In this document: positions 56,171 to 64,000 of the stretch, piece after piece
How the letters are laid out: each line of letters starts with the position of its first letter
How positions within the stretch are numbered: the stretch's first letter is position 1
Notes under the pieces: model-generated
The model's database searches: none
Told to the model about the DNA's origin: nothing
The model's input: only the letters and a program-made list of their open reading frames with translations
Translations under genes and position numbers: made by a program
From: an uncultured Thermoplasmata archaeon
GTDB taxonomy: Archaea; Thermoplasmatota; Thermoplasmata; Lutacidiplasmatales; UBA184
DNA: 64,000 nucleotides
Assembly (NCBI GenBank): GCA_963749195.1
Contig: CAVVLX010000007.1
Span: forward strand, 2,036 to 66,035
Reading direction: 5' to 3'

Positions 56171-57655
56171 TCAGGTTCCGTAGTTGACCGTGATCAACTT
56201 GACCTCGGTCATTTCTTCCATGGCGTAGCGCACCCCTTCGCGTCCGAGGCCGCTTTCCTTGATGCCTCCGAACGGAAGCGCATCCCAGCGCAGGTTCGTG
56301 GGATCGTTCAGATGGACCGAGCCCGCGCGGATCCGCTTGGCGAGTCCGAACGCGCGCTTCAGATCGTTCGTGTACACGCTGGCCTGAAGACCGTACGGCG
56401 TTCCGTTCGCCATGCGGACCGCTTCGTCGTCGTCGTGGAAACGTAGGATGGGTGCGATCGGCCCGAACGGTTCTTCCCGGGCGACCCGCGCGTCGGTAGG
56501 GACCCGGTCGAGAACGGTCGGCGTGAAGTAATTCCCCTCTCCGGGTCGCCCGAGCCGTTCCCCGCCGGCTAGCACGGACGCCTTCCGGTCGCGAGCATCT
56601 CGGACAAATTCCTCCAAGCGGTCCAACGCTGCTTCGTCGATCAACGGTCCGATCTGCGTGGTTTCCTCGAGCGCAGGTCCCACCTTCAGCCGCCGAACCT
56701 GTTCGGTCAGCGCGGTGGCAAAGCCGTCCGCGATACCCTCCGCGACCAGCAATCGCTTCGAGGCGGTGCACACCTGCCCCGAGTAGCCGAACACCCCACG
56801 GATCGCTGCCGGCACCACCGTGGCCAGCGGCGCGTCGTCGAGGACGAGGAAAGGGTCCATCCCCCCCATTTCCAAGATCGTCCGCTTCGCGTGGCGGCCG
56901 GCTTTCTCTGCGATCCCTTTTCCCACTTCGGTGGAACCGGTGAAAGTGATCAGTCGCGTGCGCGGATGCTCGACGAGCGCGTCCCCGACCGACCGTCCGG
57001 GTCCGATCACTACGTTGATCACGCCGGAAGGAAGTCCCGCCGCTTCAGCGTGCTCGACCAATCGAAGCGCGGTGAACGGAGCGGCGCTGGTCGGCTTGAT
57101 CACGACCGGATTTCCCGCGGCCAACGCGGGAGCGACTTTGTGGGTCAGGAGGTTCAGCGGGAAGTTGAACGGACTGATGGCCACCACCACCCCGATCGGA
57201 TCGCGAACCGTGAACAGGAACCGACGGTCGTTACCGGCCGGGTGAGGGTAGGCGTCCGCCGGGAAACTCTCACCGGTCAGATGGCGGATCTCCTCCGCCG
57301 CAAGTCGGAAAACGCCGATCGCTCGCTCGACCTCGGTACGACTCTCGACGATCGGTTTGCCGACCTCGGAAGCGATCAATCGCGCCATTGTCTCGTGATC
57401 GGTCGCCAGCCGGTCCGCGATCGCGCGTAGCAACCGCGCGCGTTCGTGGCCGCTCGTCGCGCTCCATCGGTCTTCCACGGCGGCGGCCGCCTCGATCGCG
57501 GCCGCCGCGTCACTGGCATCCCCCAGCGCGACTTCGCCCAGCGGTCGGCCGGTCGAGGGATTTTTTAACAACTGATAGCGCCCTGAAGAGGGCGGGCGCC
57601 AATGCCCTCCGATGAACAGGGAGGTGCGGCCGCTCGCAGGCAATCCTTCGAGCAT
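56171..57655 (-). CDS. NAD(P)-dependent aldehyde dehydrogenase
   Basis: LEMGGMDP (catalytic Glu region), GQVCTASKR (catalytic Cys) and EEPFGP. Confidence 0.9.
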   Translation of the reverse strand: MLEGLPASGRTSLFIGGHWRPPSSGRYQLLKNPSTGRPLGEVALGDASDAAAAIEAAAAVEDRWSATSGHERARLLRAIADRLATDHETMARLIASEVGKPIVESRTEVERAIGVFRLAAEEIRHLTGESFPADAYPHPAGNDRRFLFTVRDPIGVVVAISPFNFPLNLLTHKVAPALAAGNPVVIKPTSAAPFTALRLVEHAEAAGLPSGVINVVIGPGRSVGDALVEHPRTRLITFTGSTEVGKGIAEKAGRHAKRTILEMGGMDPFLVLDDAPLATVVPAAIRGVFGYSGQVCTASKRLLVAEGIADGFATALTEQVRRLKVGPALEETTQIGPLIDEAALDRLEEFVRDARDRKASVLAGGERLGRPGEGNYFTPTVLDRVPTDARVAREEPFGPIAPILRFHDDDEAVRMANGTPYGLQASVYTNDLKRAFGLAKRIRAGSVHLNDPTNLRWDALPFGGIKESGLGREGVRYAMEEMTEVKLITVNYGT

Positions 57656-57670
57656 CGGTGGGCCGATTTC

Positions 57671-59164
57671 CTACGACGGGTCGCCGTAGACGGTGTAATG
57701 CCACCCTTTCCGCGCCAGGCCCGTGAGATCGACGTAGATGTTCTTCACGACGGTGTAATCCAGCAACGAATCGGTTCCCAGGTCCTTGCCGAACCCGGAC
57801 TGCTTGAACCCACCATGCGGAGTCTCGGAGCCGAGGGGCAGGTGATCGTTCACCCACACATCGCCGAAGCGTAGGGCGTTGGCGGCTCGGAGGGCGGTTT
57901 GGACGTCCTTCGTCCAGACGCTCCCCGCCAGTCCATACTCGACTCCATTCGCGATCTCCATCGCCTGATCGAACGTGTCGAACTCCAGGACATCGAGCAC
58001 CGGCCCAAAGATCTCCTTCTGCGCGATCGCCATATCCGGGGCGACTTCGTCAAACACCGTCGGCGTCACGAACGCCCCTTGTTTCTGAGATGGTCCTCCA
58101 TCGCTGCCGCCCGTCTTGAGCTTCGCCCCCTCGTCCTTTCCTGTCGAAACGAAGTCGAGCACCTTCTTCTGATGCGTCTTGTGGACGAGCGGCCCCAAGT
58201 CGGTCTTCCGACTCATCGGGTCGCCGATCCGGATCGTCTGGGCGCGTTCGACGAGATGCTTGACAAACTTCTCGCGGATCGATCGGTGCAGAATCAATCG
58301 CGTGGCGGCCGTGCAATCCTGGCCTCCGTTGACGTAGCCTCCGACAATGGCTCCTTCGACCGCCGCAGCGACGTCGGCTTCCGGGAACACCACAAACGGA
58401 GCTTTACCCCCGAGCTCCAGTTGGATCCGTTTCACCGTCGAACTGGCGGCCTCCATGATCTTCCTCCCCGTGGCCGTGTCGCCCGTCAGCGAGACCATGT
58501 CGACCTTCGGGCTCCGGGTCAGCTCGTCGCCGACTTCTCCGCCGGGTCCCGTGATGATATTGAGGGCGCCGGCGGGCAAACCGGCCTCCAAGAATGCCTT
58601 TCCGAGCTCGAGCGTGGATAGGGGGGTCCAGCTCGCCGGTTTCAAGACCACCGTGTTCCCCGTCACGAGGGCGGGGCCGACCTTCCAGACGGCCATCATG
58701 AACGGATAGTTCCAGGGCGTGATCGAACCGACGACCCCGACGGGTTCTCGCCGAAAGATCGTCGTCCCGTCCCCCAAGTACTCGGCGGGGCTCTTCGCAT
58801 CCAGGGTCCGGCCCGCGCCGGCGTAAAAGATCAAGTTGTCAATGGAGCCGGGAAGATCCACGTCCGCGGCCTGCTTGATCGTCTTTCCCTGGTTCCGACT
58901 CTCCAATTCCGCGATCGCGGCGAACCGACTTTGAAGGATCTGAGCGGTCTTCAGGTAGACATCCCCGCGCGCTTTGGGCGTCATGCGGGGCCAGGGACCT
59001 CGGTCGAATGCTTCCCGGGCTGCATCGATCGCGTTGCGCGCGTCTTCGCGAGCTCCGACGGGAACCTCCCCGATCTTGCCGCCATCGTAGGGGCTGATCA
59101 CCGGGGCCGTTGCTTCGGAGTTCGCCGCCACCCACTCGCCTCGGATCAGCATTCGCTCGGCCAC
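57671..59164 (-). CDS. NAD(P)-dependent aldehyde dehydrogenase (paralog)
   Basis: LELGGKAP, GQDCTAATR and KEIFGPV. 15-nt spacer to the downstream ALDH. Confidence 0.9.
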   Translation of the reverse strand: MAERMLIRGEWVAANSEATAPVISPYDGGKIGEVPVGAREDARNAIDAAREAFDRGPWPRMTPKARGDVYLKTAQILQSRFAAIAELESRNQGKTIKQAADVDLPGSIDNLIFYAGAGRTLDAKSPAEYLGDGTTIFRREPVGVVGSITPWNYPFMMAVWKVGPALVTGNTVVLKPASWTPLSTLELGKAFLEAGLPAGALNIITGPGGEVGDELTRSPKVDMVSLTGDTATGRKIMEAASSTVKRIQLELGGKAPFVVFPEADVAAAVEGAIVGGYVNGGQDCTAATRLILHRSIREKFVKHLVERAQTIRIGDPMSRKTDLGPLVHKTHQKKVLDFVSTGKDEGAKLKTGGSDGGPSQKQGAFVTPTVFDEVAPDMAIAQKEIFGPVLDVLEFDTFDQAMEIANGVEYGLAGSVWTKDVQTALRAANALRFGDVWVNDHLPLGSETPHGGFKQSGFGKDLGTDSLLDYTVVKNIYVDLTGLARKGWHYTVYGDPS

Positions 59165-59257
59165 GTTCGCCTCCTCGGTCGGCCCGAGCCCGGACGGGGT
59201 AAATATGTTGGCGATAGCGCCCCGGCCGTCGTACGGTACCGATCCGCGCGCGCTTGC

Positions 59258-60430
59258 TCAGGCCGGGACGGCCGAATCGTGGGATGGTTCGGGAATCGAC
59301 GTTTTCTCTGCTTCGGGCCCTTGGGCGAAGTACGTCTCGGGAGCGATGTCCGCGACTTCTTCCGCCCGGTGGCATGCGACCAGGGTGGTGGGATCGCCGG
59401 GACGAGGACGGAGCAGCGGTTCTTCGACCTTGCATCGATCGATCGCGAAGGGACAACGGGCGGTGAAACGGCACCCGGGCGGCGGGCGAACGAGGGTCGG
59501 GATCTCTCCCTTGATCCGGTACCGGGCGTGCCGACGACGTACGTCCGCAACCGGTAGGGCGGCGAGAAGAGCCTTGGTATACGGGTGCGTGGGGTGCTCC
59601 AAGAGCTGGTGGACGGGACCGACTTCCACGATCTTGCCCAGATACATGACCGCGACGCGATCGGCGACGTACCGGACCGCCGCGACATTGTGCGTGATGA
59701 GGAGGTAGGCGAATCCGTACTCCTTCTGCAGCGTCACTAGTCGATTCAGGATCTGGGCTTGGACCGCTACATCGAGGGCACTCGTGGGCTCATCGAGAAC
59801 GATTAGCCGCGGGCGAACCGAGAGGGCTCGAGCCAACGATAGCCGTTGCCGGCCCCCGCCGGAAAACTCATGCGGATATTGATCGAGGCAGTCGGGCGGG
59901 AGCCCCACGGTGGGCAGCACTTCGGAAACGCGAGCGCGGAGTTGGCGTCGGGAGAGACGCGATCTTCGGGGGGAGGAGCCCGGGGAGCCTTTGCTGGAGC
60001 TCAACCGTTGACGTACGCGTGCGGAGAACGTCGGCCGCGAGAGCTGTTCCTGGGCACGGATCGGTTCGCTCACAATTTGCCAGACCTTGAGCCGGGGGTC
60101 CAGGGATCCCACGGGATCCTGGAAAACGATCTGGACATTCCGCCGCCACTCCCGTAACTTGCGGCCCGAGAGTTTGCTCACGTCTTGCCCGTCGAAAAGG
60201 ATCTCTCCCTTCGTCAGGTCGTGGAGCCGGGCGATCAACCAGCCTAAGGTCGTTTTACCGGAGCCGCTCTCTCCGATCAGCCCCACCGTCTCCCCCGCAT
60301 CGACCGTGAGCGACACGTCGTCGAGCGCGTGGATCGCCAGCGGTTCTCGCCCAACGGCGGCGTCGATCAGCGATCGGCTGAGCGGGAAGTGCTTCACCAC
60401 GTGCTTCACCTCGACCAGCGGAGGCGTCAC
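59258..60430 (-). CDS. Opp/Dpp-type ABC ATPase (OppF-like) with a helical-subdomain insert
   Basis: Walker [30 protein letters not shown] and a C-terminal Cys-rich oligopeptide-type extension. The GTG at 60430 overlaps the upstream stop as GTGA; the track start at 60571 is rejected. Confidence 0.85.
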   Translation of the reverse strand: MTPPLVEVKHVVKHFPLSRSLIDAAVGREPLAIHALDDVSLTVDAGETVGLIGESGSGKTTLGWLIARLHDLTKGEILFDGQDVSKLSGRKLREWRRNVQIVFQDPVGSLDPRLKVWQIVSEPIRAQEQLSRPTFSARVRQRLSSSKGSPGSSPRRSRLSRRQLRARVSEVLPTVGLPPDCLDQYPHEFSGGGRQRLSLARALSVRPRLIVLDEPTSALDVAVQAQILNRLVTLQKEYGFAYLLITHNVAAVRYVADRVAVMYLGKIVEVGPVHQLLEHPTHPYTKALLAALPVADVRRRHARYRIKGEIPTLVRPPPGCRFTARCPFAIDRCKVEEPLLRPRPGDPTTLVACHRAEEVADIAPETYFAQGPEAEKTSIPEPSHDSAVPA

Positions 60431-61641
60431 AGGTTGGCCACCTCGTCGGCGAAATAGCAGGCCGAGGCGTGCGTACTTCCTTCCGGCTTTCCGCGAATCG
60501 GGTCCAGTGGAGGTCCGGGGTTCACCGTGCACTGGGGACGGGCGAGCACGCACCGAGGCGCGAAGGTGCACCCCGGCGGAAGACGCGACAGATTCGGAAC
60601 GGTGCCAGCGAGCGAGGGTAACGGCCCCTCCGATTTGTACCGACGAGGAATCGAGCGGAGCAGCGCTTTGGTATAGGGATGGCTGGGGGTCTCGAACACT
60701 TCCACGACGGGGCCGAATTCCACGAGGTGGCCCGCGTACATCACCCCGACGTCGTCGGCGATCTCGGCGATGACTCCCAGATCGTGACTAATGAAGAGAA
60801 TCGAGGTATGAACTTCGTCGATCAACTCTTTCATGAGCGTCAACACCTGCGCCTGGATCGTCACGTCCAACGCGCTCGTGGGCTCATCGGCGACGAGCAA
60901 CTCGGGCTTCTCCGAGAGCGCCATCGCGATCATGATCCGCTGGCGCATTCCGCCCGAGAGCTCGTGGGGGTAGAGACGTAAGATCGTCTCGGGGTCGTTG
61001 ATCCGGACCAACCGAAGGTACTCGAGGACCTCTTCCTTGATACTCTGGGGCGGTTCCGGGATCGCGCGTCGCTTGGCGCCTTCCGAGGTCGCCGCGGAAG
61101 GAAGAAACGGATGGGCCAGGATCTCGCCGGTCGGCGGGATCGGGCGCCGCGAGTAGTCGAACGCTCTCAATTCGGGGCCTAGGTCCGGGATGTCTCCCGC
61201 TTCGCGACGGCGTCGTACCCGGACCGCTTCGGCGACTTGATCCAAAATTCGATAGGCGGGGTTCAGCGAGTTGGTCGGCTCCTGAAAGATCATTCCAATG
61301 CCGGTGCCTCGGACGTAGGGGACTTTCCATTTGGGGATCGAGAGCAGATCGACGCCCCGAAACTCGATTTTACCCGAGAGGATCTTGGCCGGGGGTTCGG
61401 GGAGCAATCGGGGGATCGAGTGACCCAGCGTGCTCTTGCCACAGCCCGTTTCGCCGACAATTCCCACGACCCGACCGGGCGGCACCTCGAAGGAGACGTT
61501 GTCCAGCGCGCGAAACGTGCCGGCGCCGACGGAATATTGAACAGACAGGCCCTCGACGCGCAGCGCCAGGCCGCTCCGTGGCCGGTCCGCGGTCGCTTCG
61601 GCCTCGGTCAGCCCCGGGGCGGAAGCCGCCGGAGATTGCAC
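60427..61641 (-). CDS. Opp/Dpp-type ABC ATPase (OppD-like) with a large helical-subdomain insert
   Basis: Walker [18 protein letters not shown] and [12 protein letters not shown]. About 55 extra residues lie between [10 protein letters not shown] and the signature motif. Confidence 0.85.
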   Translation of the reverse strand: MQSPAASAPGLTEAEATADRPRSGLALRVEGLSVQYSVGAGTFRALDNVSFEVPPGRVVGIVGETGCGKSTLGHSIPRLLPEPPAKILSGKIEFRGVDLLSIPKWKVPYVRGTGIGMIFQEPTNSLNPAYRILDQVAEAVRVRRRREAGDIPDLGPELRAFDYSRRPIPPTGEILAHPFLPSAATSEGAKRRAIPEPPQSIKEEVLEYLRLVRINDPETILRLYPHELSGGMRQRIMIAMALSEKPELLVADEPTSALDVTIQAQVLTLMKELIDEVHTSILFISHDLGVIAEIADDVGVMYAGHLVEFGPVVEVFETPSHPYTKALLRSIPRRYKSEGPLPSLAGTVPNLSRLPPGCTFAPRCVLARPQCTVNPGPPLDPIRGKPEGSTHASACYFADEVANL

Positions 61642-61721
61642 GGCGGATTGAACGGTCTGGGCTAGATATAAGTGCCGAAATCCAGCGGCCGACCATGACC
61701 GCGCCCGGCGGAGGCGGGTTA

Positions 61722-62504
61722 TTAGGGAAGGTAGTCCCGCGGAAGGGTCCGCAGTTCCGCGAACACCTCGTGGAGGATGCCGATGAACTGCTCCACGTCC
61801 TTTTCCGTGTGGGTGGTCGAGAACGTGATCCGTTCGTAATTATCCGGATGGATGTAGATGCCGCGATCGAGCAGCAGCTGGTGATTTCGCAGGAACAAGT
61901 TCCAATCGATCTGGAGCGACTCCCGATAGTTCGAGATCTTCTTTCGTCGGGTGAAGAAGAACTGCAGCATTCCGTTCACGGATTGCACGAGCACCGAGAT
62001 CTTCGCATCGCGGCCCGCCGACTCAATGCCCTTTTCCATCTGGGTCGTGAGCCGACCGAATCGCTCGTAGAGCTCTTCGCCCCCGCGCGCGAGGATCTTG
62101 AGGTTCGCCAACGCCACGGCCAGCGAGAGATTGTTGGCGAAGTACGTTCCGCCGAAAGAGATGCGACCGGGCGAGATCGAATCCATGTACTCCGCTTTAC
62201 CCGAGACCGCCGAGATCGTCACGCCGCCGCCGAGCGCTTTGGCCCAACAGGAAAGGTCGGGCTGAACTTTGTAGAGCTGCTGGGCGCCCCCGGGGGCCAC
62301 GCGGAAGCCGGTGAAGACCTCGTCGAAGATCAACAGGAGTTCGTTCTCGTGGGCGATCTCGCGCAGCCGCTTCAAATAATCCGGGGCGGGCGCGATCACG
62401 CCGGCGTTGGCCATGATGGGTTCCAGGATCACCGCCGCCAATCGATCCCGGTAACGCTTGACCATCCGCTCGAAGGCGGGAATCGAGTTGTACGGCGCCA
62501 CCAT
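61722..62504 (-). CDS. glutamate-1-semialdehyde-aminomutase-like class III aminotransferase, C-terminal part of a frame-disrupted gene
   Basis: VAPYNS..., IFDEVFTGFRVAPGGAQ and CWAKALGGGVTIS (PLP lysine). Continues from ORF 62429-63448 after a 1-nt frame change near 62524-62528. Confidence 0.8.
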   Translation of the reverse strand: MVAPYNSIPAFERMVKRYRDRLAAVILEPIMANAGVIAPAPDYLKRLREIAHENELLLIFDEVFTGFRVAPGGAQQLYKVQPDLSCWAKALGGGVTISAVSGKAEYMDSISPGRISFGGTYFANNLSLAVALANLKILARGGEELYERFGRLTTQMEKGIESAGRDAKISVLVQSVNGMLQFFFTRRKKISNYRESLQIDWNLFLRNHQLLLDRGIYIHPDNYERITFSTTHTEKDVEQFIGILHEVFAELRTLPRDYLP

Positions 62505-63448
62505 GACGTAGTCCGTAACGCCCGGGGGATCCCGGCCGAGTTCGGGAGCGGTCGCGGGTATTCGTCTAGTCCGGCGACGATCGGAGGGGCTTCGGCACTG
62601 ATCAGCGCATAGTCGTGCTGCCCATGATAATGCCCCTCGAACTTCAGGATCGCGTCCTTGCCGGTGACGGCCCGGGCGATTCGAATGGCGTTCATCGTCG
62701 CATCGGAGCCGTTCGAACAGAACGCCACGCGTTCAGAGTTCGGCACCATTTTGTGGAACAGTTTCGCGACTTCGATCTCCAGTTCGGTGGGCGCGGCGAA
62801 ATGGAGCCCCCGCTCCGCCGCCTGTTCCACCGCCTTCACCATCTCGGGGTGGGCGTGCCCATTGATGAGACACCCGTAGGCGAGATTGAAGTCGAGGTAC
62901 TCGTTGTCGTCCACATCCCACAGACGAGGCCCCTTGCCGCGCGCGATGAAGGGGGGGACCGGATCGTACGAGGCGACGCGAATGAGCGAGCTGGATGAAT
63001 TGGGAATGTATTTTTTCCCTTCCTCAAAGAGCTTCGCGCTCTTCTTGAGCTTTGGAACGAGTCGGGCGATCGGAATCGGGAGCGGAAGAACTTCGTCTTC
63101 GCCCGACTCTTTGGACTCTTTCGCCTCCTTGGACTCTTTAGCTTCCTTCGCTTCCTTGGCGTCCGAGGAGTCTTTCGCGTCGCGATCCTCCCTGGCCCTC
63201 TCCTTTTCCTTTTCTTTCTCCCGCTCTTTGTCCTTCTCCTTCTCGACTTCGCGTTTCTCCTGCTCCTCCGTCGGGGGCGACCGAGTGGAAGGGACGATCG
63301 CCACCGTCGAGGCCTCGATTTTCTTAACCGCCCCTTCATCCCCTCGCAGGCTGCGGGGCGAGAGAGGATCCGGCGAAGAAAGGGTCAGAGATTCCTCCGA
63401 ACCGAGCCTCGTCGGCTGATCCGAAGGGGCGGCGTCCTGCTCCGCCAT
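62429..63448 (-). CDS. same aminotransferase, N-terminal part with a roughly 135-aa Lys/Glu-rich extension
   Basis: LFEEGKKYIPN, PFIARGKGPRLWDVDDNEYLDFNLAYG and NGSDATMNAIRIARAVTGK are HemL-like. Sense is lost after ...NSAGIP (about 62530), where the other frame takes over. Confidence 0.8.
   Translation of the reverse strand: MAEQDAAPSDQPTRLGSEESLTLSSPDPLSPRSLRGDEGAVKKIEASTVAIVPSTRSPPTEEQEKREVEKEKDKEREKEKEKERAREDRDAKDSSDAKEAKEAKESKEAKESKESGEDEVLPLPIPIARLVPKLKKSAKLFEEGKKYIPNSSSSLIRVASYDPVPPFIARGKGPRLWDVDDNEYLDFNLAYGCLINGHAHPEMVKAVEQAAERGLHFAAPTELEIEVAKLFHKMVPNSERVAFCSNGSDATMNAIRIARAVTGKDAILKFEGHYHGQHDYALISAEAPPIVAGLDEYPRPLPNSAGIPRALRTTSWWRRTTRFPPSSGWSSVTGIDWRR
63104..63164 (-). repeat. imperfect 18-bp/9-bp tandem repeats inside coding sequence (KEAKES units)
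   Basis: TTGGACTCTTTCGCCTCC (63111-63128) and TTGGACTCTTTAGCTTCC (63129-63146), then TTCGCTTCC and TTGGCGTCC. They encode DAKEAKEAKESKEAKESKES on the minus strand. Confidence 0.8.
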
Positions 63449-63488
63449 TAAAATACAATCCTAAGTGGTTCGGGCAGCCGGAGCAGCC

Positions 63489-63586
63489 TATATATATTTG
63501 GCGCGGAGAGAGAATGCAAAATAGTTCTCATATATAGTACACCAATGCACACACTTTCGTAGGTAAATCATGATATTTTGTGCATT
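63489..63586. promoter_or_regulatory. strongly A/T-rich intergenic block with two TATA-like boxes and an 8-bp inverted repeat
   Basis: TATATATATTT (63489-63499) and CATATATAG (63529-63537). AATGCACA (63544-63551) and TGTGCATT (63579-63586) are exact reverse complements 27 nt apart. Confidence 0.45.
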
Positions 63587-63731
63587 ATCGACTCCCTAAA
63601 CACAAAAAGGAAGCTGAAAGCACCCAAAACAGGCTGTCTACCTGCCGGCTCTTCGCCGCCTTCGCAGCGGAACCGCACGCGACCGAACGTGTCCCGCGAG
63701 CGGAGCAAGCCGAGCCGTCCGCCAACGCCTG

Positions 63732-64000
63732 TTACGGGGCGGATTGTTCCGCTGGAGCGAAAACGACCAGCAGGTCTAGCGCTTCCTCGATGGAGTGGAA
63801 CCGATGTTCCTGCCGCGCAGGGACGAAGAGAACCGTTCCGGCGCTCACGGCCCCGTCGCGCGAGCCGGATCGGAACCGGCCTCGCCCTCGAAGCACCACG
63901 TAGATCTCGTCCTCGCCATGCGGGGTCTGGGAGTCGATCGCCCCCGCATCGAGTCGATAAACGCCGGCGCTCATCGTGGGGACTCGCAGGAATTCTCGGT
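63732..64000 (-). CDS. cupin-domain protein, N-terminus probably beyond the window edge
   Basis: SAGVYRLDAGAIDSQTPHGEDEIYVVLRGRGRF...GTVLFVPARQEHRFH is a cupin motif 1 and 2 pattern. The frame remains open upstream of the ATG at 63974 to position 64000 (REFLRVPT). Confidence 0.7.
   Translation of the reverse strand, partial: REFLRVPTMSAGVYRLDAGAIDSQTPHGEDEIYVVLRGRGRFRSGSRDGAVSAGTVLFVPARQEHRFHSIEEALDLLVVFAPAEQSAP

Noticed and set aside
63040-63260. Short tandem DNA repeats that might suggest a CRISPR array or satellite.
   Set aside because: The units are 9-18 bp, contiguous with no spacers, and sit in frame inside an ORF, where they encode KEAKES-type repeats.
63580-63903. 107-aa plus ORF starting in the A/T-rich block.
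   Set aside because: It runs antisense through the cupin gene and is Ala/Arg/Ser-rich with no motif.
1-64000. Search by eye for tRNA, rRNA, CRISPR repeats, transposase or IS ends, and att-type direct repeats around the recombinase.
   Set aside because: None was recognised. Manual scanning cannot exclude short or diverged elements, so tRNAscan, Infernal and repeat finders should be run.

Overview
G+C-rich, densely coding 64-kb chromosomal segment. I recognised no rRNA, tRNA, CRISPR array or transposase. All family calls come from motifs read in the translations; no database search was possible. The source is probably an archaeon (inference). Supporting signs are a LysW carrier-protein arginine/lysine operon, a COG2150-type ACT regulator, an AbrB-PhoU fusion and YVTN beta-propeller and zinc-ribbon membrane proteins. 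A/T-rich TATA-like boxes also sit about 25-30 nt upstream of several start codons, with no Shine-Dalgarno sequence. Positions 1-38000 form an accessory-looking patchwork of small stress and detoxification genes. These include an AlkZ/YcaQ glycosylase, three DinB paralogs, four VOC/glyoxalase genes, two HxlR modules, SRPBCC/AHSA1, YciI, DUF1330, DUF4242, GyrI-like, an alkyltransferase-like protein and a Fic protein. The same stretch holds two of the window's three ABC-2 exporters, one tyrosine recombinase, a TPR-linked class III cyclase and several unknown membrane proteins. Positions 38247-45931 are a tightly coupled operon argG-argH-lysW-lysX-lysY-lysZ-lysJ-lysK; lysW is a 53-aa ORF missing from the ORF track. 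Positions 46000-52500 hold a PadR/ABC-2 module, a decayed GNAT gene and a PiT/PhoU pair. The most unusual part is 52571-63448. It has two class III aminotransferases and two aldehyde dehydrogenases around a permease-less OppD/OppF ATPase pair carrying large inserts. The upstream aminotransferase has a roughly 135-aa Lys/Glu-rich repeat extension and an apparent homopolymer frameshift. Many long ORFs in the track are antisense or alternative-frame shadows typical of high-GC DNA, and several listed starts are too far upstream.
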